A DNA stretch of 64,000 bases from Nitrospirota bacterium (GTDB lineage Bacteria; Nitrospirota; Thermodesulfovibrionia; Thermodesulfovibrionales; Dissulfurispiraceae): positions 94,467-158,466 of the forward strand of contig CAVPZX010000006.1 of NCBI GenBank assembly GCA_963710375.1. The letters run 5' to 3'. A program made the position numbers and the translations under genes. The notes below the pieces were generated by a model. It had not been told where the DNA came from and did not search any database. It worked only from the letters and a program-made list of their open reading frames with translations. Below, piece after piece: positions 52,914 through 62,134 of the stretch (positions are counted from its first letter, which is position 1; the number at the start of each line of letters is the position of its first letter).

Positions 52914-53369
52914 ATGGTTACCGCCTATCGGATGTGCCAGAAGATGTGGGCACTTGAGGCGTTTTCAGGGGAAGGCGCGAAGAAAAGGGGCATGAGATGG
53001 AACCACAAGGATATTCCCGTTATTTATGTAGCAGAACATTTGTCGTTGTCGGCCCTGGAGATTATCGTAAATTTCCCCCGAAAGACACTCGGAGTGCCCT
53101 TTGTTTTTTTTAAGGTGGAAATACCCGAAACCGTAAAAATAGCAAACGTCGGGCATCTTCCGATGGACTGGAGGGATCTCCCGTATCAGACCTCGACTCA
53201 GGATATTGGTTCTCAGTGGGCACTAGAGCGAAAGACGGCTGTACTTGAAGTCCCTTCAGCAGTAATCCCTATTGAGAGAAACTATATCCTCAATCCACTT
53301 CACCCGGACTTCACGAAGATCCTAATAAACCCAGCGACAGATTTCCACTTCGACAACAGGTTGTTATAG
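52914..53369 (+). CDS. RES-domain toxin
   Basis: YR, FSGEGA...G.RWN, LE, VPSAV, N..LNP.HP. Confidence 0.92.
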   Translation: MVTAYRMCQKMWALEAFSGEGAKKRGMRWNHKDIPVIYVAEHLSLSALEIIVNFPRKTLGVPFVFFKVEIPETVKIANVGHLPMDWRDLPYQTSTQDIGSQWALERKTAVLEVPSAVIPIERNYILNPLHPDFTKILINPATDFHFDNRLL

Positions 53370-53506
53370 GGGTTACCTCACGCCTTGAAAAACGCCCCCT
53401 CTAACTCTTTTTTTATCGGCAACATTATATATATCTTTTTTGTAGAATAACCCGAAATCGTCCGCAGGTTCCACCTTCTACTTGGGATTTATGGTATAAA
53501 GTCTTT

Positions 53507-53665
53507 AATGGATGGGTTTTACCCATCTTTCGAGAAGGCAGGAGAACTTGGTTTTCACCTGGGTCTGAGAACCCTTCTTTCAGTGTGTTCCCTGCCTCCC
53601 AAAGCCCTGATAGGTTGGTTGGGCCGAGAGCCCTTGTCACGATGAAGGTTTGGTAGGGAGGCATT
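53507..53665 (+). ncRNA. Candidate bridge RNA of the IS110 element
   Basis: 5' hairpin (53511-27) plus two stems with large internal loops capped by near-identical GGGY..GAGARCCC hairpins (53536-97; 53599-653). Confidence 0.65.
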
Positions 53666-53703
53666 CCTGTCTTTTCATATCTGGGATTCAAGGAGGTGCT
53701 CAA

Positions 53704-54897
53704 TTGTCAGAATGTTATGTTGGCATTGATGTTTCTAAGGATGCCTCTACTGCCCAGGGCATAGACAGCGAAGGGAAGAAACTCTTCTATGTTGAATTTA
53801 CGATGAATGCCGAGGGCTTTTCAAAGCTCCTTAGCGTTCTAAGGCTGCATTGCGAAGACCTTTCCACGGTAAAAGCTGCGATGGAGTCCACGGGATGCTA
53901 TCACAGCAATCTCCTCTGCTTTCTTGTCACAGAGGGGATACAGTGTTATGTGATCAATCCTCTTATCATCGCAAATTTTGCTAAGCTTTCACTTAGGAAG
54001 ACGAAGACTGATAAAAAAGATGCCATGGTGATCGCCCAGTTTCTTCTGATGCACAAGGATGCCCTCGTCAAGGCAGCACCATCAGAGAGCCTGCAGGATC
54101 TCAAAGACCTGGCTAGGGAAAGAGAATCTCTTACGGTACTCATGTCGGGGCTGAAAAACGACATTAAGAGGATGCTGCAGATCACCTTTCCGGAGCTTGA
54201 ATCTCTCTGTAATGTTTTCTCCGAGTCGATGCGAGACATTATAAAGCAGTTTCCCTCCGCCCGGCTGATCAGGACCGCAGAATTTCTGGTAGTGAAAAAA
54301 GCTCTGACGCCTTCTGACAGAAGGAGGACTCCTCCCTTCTATCCGGCGGATTTAATAGCGGCTGCCAAAAAATCAGTTGCTACCGACAGTATCGCCAAGG
54401 AGCTTATTCTTCCTGAGAAGTACGCAACACTTGAGCACCTCATGAAGCAGAGAGAACGGATCACGGAAGCCCTTATAGAGGCATGTCAGGCTATGATGAT
54501 CGAGGACATAGAAATCATCACCTCCATTGGTGGTATCAGTGATACGACGGCATCAGCATTTCTAGCAGAGATGGGCGACTACAAGGCATTTCATTCATAT
54601 AAGCACCTGATTGCTTTCGCCGGGATTGATCCATCGATCCACCAATCTGGCAAGTTTGAAGGGATAAGCAAAATATCGAAACGGGGCAACAGGCACATGA
54701 GGCACCTTTCCTATCTTATGACCACTTGCGTTGTAAGGCTCGATAACATTTTCAGGGAATATTACCTCAGAAGAAGGGCTGAAGGCCTTCCCTATAAAAA
54801 GGCGATTCTCGCGACCGCACATAAATTGCTGCGCGTCATTTTTGCCATGCTGACAAACAGAACAACTTTCCAAGTAAAGGGGGTGATTGAAATATAG
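53704..54897 (+). CDS. IS110-family DEDD transposase/recombinase
   Basis: GIDVSK, MESTG, KTDKKDA, FAGIDP...QSG, ISKRGN; TTG start after AGGAGG. Confidence 0.95.
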   Translation: MSECYVGIDVSKDASTAQGIDSEGKKLFYVEFTMNAEGFSKLLSVLRLHCEDLSTVKAAMESTGCYHSNLLCFLVTEGIQCYVINPLIIANFAKLSLRKTKTDKKDAMVIAQFLLMHKDALVKAAPSESLQDLKDLARERESLTVLMSGLKNDIKRMLQITFPELESLCNVFSESMRDIIKQFPSARLIRTAEFLVVKKALTPSDRRRTPPFYPADLIAAAKKSVATDSIAKELILPEKYATLEHLMKQRERITEALIEACQAMMIEDIEIITSIGGISDTTASAFLAEMGDYKAFHSYKHLIAFAGIDPSIHQSGKFEGISKISKRGNRHMRHLSYLMTTCVVRLDNIFREYYLRRRAEGLPYKKAILATAHKLLRVIFAMLTNRTTFQVKGVIEI

Positions 54898-55430
54898 TTG
54901 ACTGATAACCGATAGTTTCACAATTCTGCAACTGACGAGGACTTTGTCCAGAAACATGTGTCCCGTAAGAAGAGAGAATAAAGCTTGTGATTAGCCGGCC
55001 TCGTGGCTTCGGGGATCATCGGCGGTGTGTGTTACTTTTGAAAATTAACGGAAGAAAGCTCAGCGAGGAGAAAAACCAGTTATGTCCCGTAGTACACACA
55101 ATCCCAAGATCGTTAATGAAGGAGTCTTACACTCTGGTCTTCACCGACAACTCCTCGCTACAGTCATCGCAGCAGTGGTATTGATTTCCAATAATATATA
55201 TCAGGAATGACTTGCGCTGTACGAGTTGTACTCTTCATGTCCCCGGTCAGTTAAGAGCCAATGACTTCAGCCACTACTGCGCAAAAAATAAGGCCCTAAG
55301 CTGTTATCACTTTTCTGAAGAAACAAACGCTGTCGCCATAGCTATCAGAAATTAAACATCCAATCATCGTGCATTTTTCATTACACTGTTTTTTCTGCCC
55401 CAGTTACCCTGTTTTTCAAGGGATGAAGGT

Positions 55431-55469
55431 AGAGGCGGAAGGGCAAGCTAAACCCTTCCGCCTCTTTTT
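55431..55469. terminator. Strong hairpin downstream of the Ser-rich gene
   Basis: agaggcggaaggg ... cccttccgcctct followed by tttt. Confidence 0.7.
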
Positions 55470-55484
55470 GCCATGCTTTGCTAC

Positions 55485-56294
55485 TTACGCAAAAGCGTTA
55501 ATAGCGTAACTACTCGTGCTGGCTGACTGTCCCTGCGTAAACATAGTAAGGATCTCACTCAGCTCCGTTTCCAGGGTTGTGGTCGAGCTTGTGCTCGATG
55601 AAGAAGTGCCCTGGCTGCTGCTCGTACTCGTACTCGTTGAACTCGATGCATTCTGACCCTGGCTGTTCATTGCCGAGAGATCATTTAGGACATTGGTCAC
55701 CGCTGTAGACAGGGTCGAGTCTGAAGAAGAAGTACTCGAGCTGCTACTAGCTGAAGTCAATGCACTCTGAAGAGTCTGCAGGTCACTTTGCAGTGTCTGC
55801 ATCGGGTTCGTGGTCTGACCGCTACCTGAACTGCTATTGTCCGAGCTATCTCCATCTGAACTATGATGGTGGTGATGATGGCCCTGGCTTTGCATCGAGG
55901 ATAAGTCACTCAGGACATTGTTCAAGGCCGTAGACAGGGTCGAGTTTGATGAAGAAGTACTCGAACTGCTACTTGTTGAAGAAGTACTCGAGCTGCTACT
56001 GGCTGAAGTCAATGCACTCTGAAGTGTCTGCAAATCACTCTGCAATGTCTGCATCGGGTTCTGGGTCTGACCGCTGCTGCTTGAAGACGACAGTCCTTGA
56101 GTATTACTTGGCAAGTCGCTCGTAAGCTGGGTCAATGCTGCGGACAAGGCACTTTCCGATAGCGTAACCTGATCCTGATTACCTGAACTCAAAGCAGTTT
56201 GTAGCGCATTTGCATCTGTCGTGAAAGTCTGAAAATCTGACATCACGGAGTTCTGAGTCTGGTAATAACTGTTGCTGATTGACTGTATTGTCAT
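55485..56294 (-). CDS. Ser/Thr/Gln-rich low-complexity protein with an internal duplication and His6 tract
   Basis: RBS AAGGAGG; two copies of NPMQTLQSDLQTLQSALTSASSSSS; HHHHHH between them. Confidence 0.75.
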   Translation of the reverse strand: MTIQSISNSYYQTQNSVMSDFQTFTTDANALQTALSSGNQDQVTLSESALSAALTQLTSDLPSNTQGLSSSSSSGQTQNPMQTLQSDLQTLQSALTSASSSSSTSSTSSSSSTSSSNSTLSTALNNVLSDLSSMQSQGHHHHHHSSDGDSSDNSSSGSGQTTNPMQTLQSDLQTLQSALTSASSSSSTSSSDSTLSTAVTNVLNDLSAMNSQGQNASSSTSTSTSSSQGTSSSSTSSTTTLETELSEILTMFTQGQSASTSSYAINAFA

Positions 56295-56484
56295 ATTGTT
56301 CACCTCCTTAGGGGACAACTATGACATCAAATATTGGAGAGCAAGTCTTATACCAGAAAAACTCCTTTAACACGAAAAAAACAAAGGTTAAATGGCTAAC
56401 CACTTATAATAAACAATCTTTTCCTGATTTTTCTGCTCTGTCCTTGGCCTTGCTGCTCTTCACGTTTCATTATTCAGCTGATGT

Positions 56485-57057
56485 TTATACGGCAGAATTT
56501 TCCAACTGCTTATCCGTCGAGGGAAAATTTTTCCCCGAATGCCTTATGAGGTCCGCGATCCTGTTTAGGATAAAATCGGGAAGCAACTTCCTGTTATTCC
56601 AGGTTACCTCATGAATTTCGATGTCCTCCCTGGTCATTACCTCCATAATAAAATCGTCCCCTCCGGAGGCGATTGTTCCTATAACAATATTTGATGAATC
56701 AAGGGCTTTGATGACAGCACGTTTGAAGACCTTGGAAAAACATTCCATCTTTGTGATGCCGTCGAGTATGATGACATTCTCCTTGACGGGGGCAATGGAC
56801 GGCGCAGCGATAGTCTCGATATTTCGAACGCTCACACCGTATTTTCTTATATGGCAAGCAGATATTATATCTCGATGTGCAAGGTATCCTATCCTGCCGT
56901 CAAGGGTTCTTATTACGAATCCGGCCCTCCCGTATCCAGCTCTCTCTTCTTCGGTGTAAAAGCCGTTTGCGGGTACCTTCAGTTTTGCTATTACTTGCTT
57001 TATGACAGCAGTTTTTCCTGACGAAGGCCCCCCTGTTAAAAAGATATTTTTCTTCAT
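56485..57057 (-). CDS. NTPase_1 / THEP1-family nucleoside triphosphatase
   Basis: TGGPSSGKT, GFYTEE, GF, KYGV, KME..S..F; Walker B reads ILDG instead of xIDE. Confidence 0.8.
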   Translation of the reverse strand: MKKNIFLTGGPSSGKTAVIKQVIAKLKVPANGFYTEEERAGYGRAGFVIRTLDGRIGYLAHRDIISACHIRKYGVSVRNIETIAAPSIAPVKENVIILDGITKMECFSKVFKRAVIKALDSSNIVIGTIASGGDDFIMEVMTREDIEIHEVTWNNRKLLPDFILNRIADLIRHSGKNFPSTDKQLENSAV

Positions 57058-57103
57058 AATTTTCCTCAAGGCGCTCCCGGTCTTTCGTGCAGCATCATCA
57101 TTT

Positions 57104-57161
57104 ATGGGATTAGAATATCAGGCGAATGTGGCACGAATATGGAAGAAATAAGGAAATTTGA
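57104..57161 (-). promoter_or_regulatory. BaeR/OmpR-type direct-repeat box with a -10 element
   Basis: Minus strand tttccttatttcttccatattcgtgccacattc, then TATTCT; divergent from the baeSR-like genes. Confidence 0.45.
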
Positions 57162-57247
57162 GCGAGGGCTGAAATAATAGTGCATATTGCCAGGCATACG
57201 ATATAAAATAATCCTGAGAATCCTGATAAAACAGGGAAAGAAAGATA

Positions 57248-58709
57248 ATGAAAATCAGCATAGCTTATCGGATGTTCCTCTCTATTTTTATCGCTACTTG
57301 TATGGCAGTATTATGCATGTTCCTGATAATGCAGTGGAGCATTAACAGAGGGTTCCTGCAGTATTTGGCTGCCATGGAACAGGACAGGCTGGAGAAGATG
57401 GCCGCAAATCTGGAACAGTCATATGCCGAACATGGGAACTGGGACTTTCTGCTGAATGATCCGGAACACTGGATCATGAACCTGATGGAAAAGCCTGATG
57501 ATAAATTTGCATCGAGGCGTTTAAAAGAATTCAGTGATAAACCGTTTGCTCTACCCCCTCCTCCTTTTTGGAATGGTCTGCGCCAGCCTCCTCTCCCGCC
57601 TGGCGGTCCACACCAGCCAAGGATGCACTTCATTATTTTAGATGCAAACAGGAAACTGCTCATTGGCAACCCGGCGGAAGCAGAGAACGTGAAATTCAGG
57701 CCTCTTGTCCACAAGGGTTCGACTGTTGGCTACATTGGACTGCTGTCTCCAAAGCACTTCCTGAATCCACCCCAGTTTGAGTTTTTGAAACAGCAAAAAT
57801 TGTCTCTTGCTCTGGCAGCATCAGGGATGGTGCTTATAGTTGTGATTTTTTCTCTTCCTCTGGCTAACCGTCTTGTCCGACCGATCAAATCTATAGCCGC
57901 AGCAACCCGTGAGCTTGCTTCAGGAAAATACGCTGTCCGGGTCTCTATCTCCTCTTCTGACGAACTGGGACAACTTGCACACGATTTCAATACCATGGCG
58001 TTTACTCTTGAAAAAAATGAGCAGGCGCGCCGACAATGGGTTGCCGACATTTCTCATGAGCCTGAGGACTCCTTTATCTGTATTGCGAGGTGAAATTGAG
58101 GCCCTGATGGAAGGAGTCCGCAATACCACCCCTGAGGCCATTGGCTCTTTACATGAAGAAGCGCTTCGGCTGCATCGCCTGGTCAACGATCTTTATCAAC
58201 TTGCCCTCTCTGACCTCGGTGCCCTGACCTACCGCAAGAAGGACCTTGATCTGGCCCAGGTACTCAGGGATTCCATTGAACCTGCCCTTGAGGAATTTAC
58301 ACGCAAGGGCATCACGTTCATTTCGGAAATATCAGAAGAAGTTGAGATCATTGTATTTGGCGACCGGGAGCGGCTGCGTCAACTCTTCGTCAATCTGCTC
58401 GACAATTCATTAAAGTACACCGACGCGGGGGGACACATTACCGCTCGCCTGACGTGCCACAACAGTAAAGCTAAAATTGAATTCGAGGACTCATTGCCGG
58501 GGGTCCCGGAAAGCGAACTGGATAAACTCTTTGGCCGACTCTATCGAGTAGAAGCGTCCCGAAATCGCGAGTCAGGCGGTGCAGGGCTCGGCCTTGCAAT
58601 CTGCAGGAATATTGTCGATGCTCATTCCGGTACTATCTCTGCCCATACGGCGTTGTTAGGAGGTTTGCTGATAAGAGTCATTCTTCCAACCTCAGGTGAA
58701 TGCCGGTGA
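57248..58709 (+). CDS. baeS: BaeS-like sensor histidine kinase, split by a +1 frameshift at 58061
   Basis: TM-HAMP, then WVADISHE|LRTPL H-box across frames, NLLDNSLKYT, SRNRESGGAGLGL. Confidence 0.85.
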
Positions 58710-59383
58710 GCAACAATATTCTTATTGTTGAAGACGAGCCGAAACTGGCCAAACTGCTGGCCGATTACCTGAGCGCGTCCGGGTTCGATCCGTCTTGTAT
58801 TGCTAAGGGCACTAAGGTTATCCTTTGGGTTCAGGAGCATAAGCCTGATTTGATTCTACTTGACCTTATGTTGCCCGGACTAAATGGAATAGAAGTTTGT
58901 AAGGGAATCCGTTCATTCTCCAGAGTCCCTATTATCATAGTAACAGCCAAGATAGAAGAAATAGACCGTATTCTGGGACTTGAACTTGGTGCGGATGACT
59001 ACATCTGTAAGCCGTTCAGTCCCCGTGAGGTAGTCGCACGGGTCAAGGCTGTTTTGCGCCGGACCTCTGACGGACTGACGTTTCAGTTCCAGGGGCTTGT
59101 GCTCGACGAGCAACGCTATGAGGCTTCGCTGCACGGCCATACTTTGGCTCTCACTGCAGTAGAGTTCAAACTACTGCAATTCCTGGTCACCAATCCAGGA
59201 TGCATCTATGGCCGCCAGCAACTAATGAACAAAATCTATCCGGATGAGCGGAGCGTCAGCGACCGCACCATAGACAGTCACATCAAAAAATTGCGAAGGA
59301 AGATCGAGGCTGTTGACCCTGAAGCAAAGCTCATCCATTCGGTCTACGGTGTCGGCTACAAGTTCGAGGTGGACTCGCCTTAA
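58700..59383 (+). CDS. baeR: BaeR-like OmpR-family response regulator
   Basis: IVEDE, LLDLMLPG, GADDYICKPFSPREVVARVK, DRTIDSHIK. Confidence 0.88.
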   Translation: MPVSNNILIVEDEPKLAKLLADYLSASGFDPSCIAKGTKVILWVQEHKPDLILLDLMLPGLNGIEVCKGIRSFSRVPIIIVTAKIEEIDRILGLELGADDYICKPFSPREVVARVKAVLRRTSDGLTFQFQGLVLDEQRYEASLHGHTLALTAVEFKLLQFLVTNPGCIYGRQQLMNKIYPDERSVSDRTIDSHIKKLRRKIEAVDPEAKLIHSVYGVGYKFEVDSP

Positions 59384-59826
59384 GAATATTGTCATCAGTT
59401 CTGGTTCGAACATCGTTTGCCTTCAGATCGATAGGCGTTTTCATACATACTTGCCGATAAGCGTTATAGAAGGATACGGTCGCGAGTTCTGGCATGCAAA
59501 GCCTTTCACAAAAGCACCTTTTTTTCTTCGTCTTACGGACATTTATCTCCACAAGATGCGGCAGGAACGCAACTTCTTGTCATCGAGTCTTCCCCGAAGT
59601 GTTTTATTCGGGTTGAACCCTTGATATAGTTTCAAGTTTCTGAAAGTGTGATGTCGGTACTTGAGCTCGCCGCCCTGCCCAAAATTCGTTCTTTTGCGAC
59701 TGTTCATTTTGTCGTTTCTGTTCGAAACATATCATTTCGAGTGAAGTCCTGGCGCACTTCATTTTGGGGAGAAGGGAACGCTTACACAAATTCTCTAATC
59801 TGTTGTGTGCCGAATGTACTTAACGC

Positions 59827-59901
59827 TGAGCAGAATTTATTGCCAAAAGTACTTCACACAATTGTTACAAGCACGACCGCTGCGGTTTTCAGGAAGACAT
59901 C
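59827..59901 (+). repeat. Dispersed repeat copy 1 (inverted partner at 62421-62496)
   Basis: 22-bp perfect core tacttcacacaattgttacaag (59850-71) plus flanking similarity. Confidence 0.7.
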
Positions 59902-60200
59902 GCGAGAGTCCAGAGTCATTAAGATTAGTGAAGGAATTTGCAAGTTTTGCCCTGTATCACGCAAAAAAAAGAGCATCGGCAAAAATTGTGACTAATATTT
60001 TGGTGTCTTCCTCCTATCGATGGTACTTTCCGATCTTCATAACTGTTTTATGCCGGGAAGAAACTGGTAGATTCCATTTCTCATTGACCGGCAAGCTTTA
60101 GCTTGGCACAATTGACAGCTTACCTCAGTTAATATAGTATTTTGTTGAGAGATCATTCGGATAACTAAAATTAGGTTGTCGCTCTACGGAGGAGGTTGTC

Positions 60201-60599
60201 ATGCCAATTTCCTACACGGTAGACGAAGAGGCTAGGGTAATTTATGAGAAATGGGTCGGTGATATTTATGCGACCGATTTGGCAAGTTACTGGAAAGACT
60301 ACCTTAAGGATCCGATAGTACTTGAAATACGAAGGACTCTGGTTGACTTACGAGAAGCCAAAGTATGTTTCAAAGGTGAAGATTTTTCACAACTCATTCC
60401 ATCAATAGTGTTACCAATTCTTGGCAAGAGGACTTGGAAAACGGCAATTCTTGTAAATGAGCCTTATCAGTACGGAGTATCGATGCAGTACCACGTCTTT
60501 GCCGATATATATAGCTGTGACGCTGTTTTCTATGACCGTGAGAAGGCGTTGTCCTGGCTATTGGACACCACGTGCCCGCAAACATCGCATTCTTCATGA
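60201..60599 (+). CDS. Hypothetical protein (possibly STAS/SpoIIAA-like)
   Basis: RBS GGAGG; LVDLRE and K.AILV.....YG pattern. Confidence 0.65.
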   Translation: MPISYTVDEEARVIYEKWVGDIYATDLASYWKDYLKDPIVLEIRRTLVDLREAKVCFKGEDFSQLIPSIVLPILGKRTWKTAILVNEPYQYGVSMQYHVFADIYSCDAVFYDREKALSWLLDTTCPQTSHSS

Positions 60600-60948
60600 T
60601 TATTGCTGATTAAAATTGTTTGTCCTAACATGCGCAACCGGGGTTATCAGCTCGCGTTTAATTTGGGTCATAACTTTACCAGAGCTTCGATTTGCTGAAC
60701 ATACGCAGTGGTCAGTGCAAGCCGCTGCCCGGCACGTTCTTCCTGAAGTCGAGCTTTTCAAAATCTTCTAAATATTGTAAGTTATTATCGGAACTACGTA
60801 TGGCAAAGTTCGAGGTTAATCTCAATAATATACAAATTCCGATATTATCGGGGTGGGTTCCGTCTGATAACTGGGTGACTAACATCGGATTCCTCTTGTT
60901 AGTCCTATTATTGGTTTAATAATTAGTTGGATGCTACTGGAGGCATGT

Positions 60949-61365
60949 ATGTTTCGTATGACTGTGTTGTCGTTGCTACTGCTGCTGATGGTTTCTAAGT
61001 TCCTAACTCATGGCGACTCCCCTACACTCTTTGTGTCTATTGCTCACGCGCAAGATTGCGGTTACAAAAGTGATGGAAAGTACCACTGTGGAAGCAACTG
61101 CGGATATAAGAGCGATGGAAATTACCACTGTGGAAGCAACTGCGGATACAAGAGTGACGGTAATTACCACTGCGTTGGAGAAGACGGGCAGGATGCACCA
61201 ACACCACGCCAACCCGTTCGCCAACAAGAGCAAGATTGCGGTTACAAAAGTGATGGAAAGTACCACTGTGGAAGCAACTGCGGATATAAGAGCGATGGAA
61301 ATTACCACTGTGGAAGCAACTGCGGATACAAGAGTGACGGTAATTACCACTGTTCCGACTATTAG
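60949..61365 (+). CDS. Secreted Cys-rich repeat protein with six CGYKSDG(K/N)YHC units
   Basis: RBS GGAGG, signal-like N-terminus ending AHA; differences between units are almost all synonymous in this frame. Confidence 0.78.
   Translation: MFRMTVLSLLLLLMVSKFLTHGDSPTLFVSIAHAQDCGYKSDGKYHCGSNCGYKSDGNYHCGSNCGYKSDGNYHCVGEDGQDAPTPRQPVRQQEQDCGYKSDGKYHCGSNCGYKSDGNYHCGSNCGYKSDGNYHCSDY
61050..61352 (+). repeat. 123-bp exact duplication (61050-61172 = 61230-61352), each copy with three ~42-bp units
   Basis: Direct comparison of the sequence lines; period 180 bp. Confidence 0.95.
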
Positions 61366-61465
61366 TGCTGCCGTCGATGAGACACTGGATTTCAAGCGGT
61401 AATTGTTAACCTATCAAAATAATGACGGAGAGGTGTTGTCGGAGATGAGAGGCAAAAGTCCGGTT

Positions 61466-62134
61466 TCACTCTTCCATGGGAAATATATTTGATGCGGAAT
61501 CAAACTTCGGAGAATTTACCGTGGTCGAAACTTTAAACATCTCCATTTCCTCTGCTGGATAGGGAAGGAGAATATCCTTCAGTGCACGGTAATCCTGAAA
61601 TAAAGGATCCAGCCAAATGTCCACCTTTTCTTCCGGAACAATTACCGGCATGCGGTTATGAATAGCGGCAACCAAATCATTGGACTCAGTTGTGATAATC
61701 GCACAGCCGCAGATTTTGTTCTCTTCAGAATATGACGAATACTGATATAACCCTGCAAAACCCATTGGCTTCCCGGATTTTAATCTTATGTAATAAGGAA
61801 TCTTCTTTTGTTTCGACCGCTCCCACTCGTAAAACCCATCGGCAATAATTAGGCATCGATTCTTCTTGAATGCCGCTTTGAAACTGGGTTTTTCATCTAT
61901 CGTCTCAGTTCGGGCGTTTATCATCGGGCTTCCCTCAGAAAGGTCTTTAATCCATGGCGGCAAGAACCCCCATCGGCACTTTATGAGTTCCCGTTTGCCT
62001 GTATCATTGATAATGAGGATGTCCTGCGAAGGGGCTATATTCAAGCTTGCAGAAAGCTCAAAAGCTGCAGGTGAGACATGGAATATCTCTATTATGGTAG
62101 AGACGGGACTACTTCTAACAAATCTGCCACACAC
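61466..62134 (-). CDS. SOS response-associated peptidase (SRAP/YedK family)
   Basis: N-terminal MCGRF, NIAP, INAR.ET, GFYEW, HNRMP. Confidence 0.93.
   Translation of the reverse strand: MCGRFVRSSPVSTIIEIFHVSPAAFELSASLNIAPSQDILIINDTGKRELIKCRWGFLPPWIKDLSEGSPMINARTETIDEKPSFKAAFKKNRCLIIADGFYEWERSKQKKIPYYIRLKSGKPMGFAGLYQYSSYSEENKICGCAIITTESNDLVAAIHNRMPVIVPEEKVDIWLDPLFQDYRALKDILLPYPAEEMEMFKVSTTVNSPKFDSASNIFPMEE

Larger units (their letters stand above)
53488..54918 (+). mobile_element. IS110-family insertion sequence (ends inferred)
   Basis: DEDD recombinase with a structured upstream non-coding end; no TIRs; TTGACT just after the stop; candidate TT cores at 53488-89 and 54917-18. Confidence 0.6.

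Noticed and set aside
55200..55275. Fluoride riboswitch (gccaatgacttc)
   Set aside because: The 5' GGNGAUGG/CRCC pseudoknot elements and a downstream target gene are missing.
59851..59878. dif/Xer site
   Set aside because: There is only a loose XerC-arm resemblance; the XerD arm TTATGTTAAAT is absent in both copies.
59400..60110. Short ORFs between baeR and the 60201 gene
   Set aside because: No recognisable motifs or RBS; probably non-coding or decayed DNA.
60887..60914. attC site at GACTAAC...GTTAGTC
   Set aside because: Only 28 bp, far below the attC minimum; it is a simple hairpin.
61050..61352. CRISPR array
   Set aside because: The units are contiguous in-frame coding repeats with synonymous variation and no unique spacers; there are no cas genes.
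61003..61402. Alternative-frame ORFs over the Cys-repeat gene
   Set aside because: They stay open only because of the repeat; the synonymous pattern, RBS and signal peptide favour the CGYKSDG frame.
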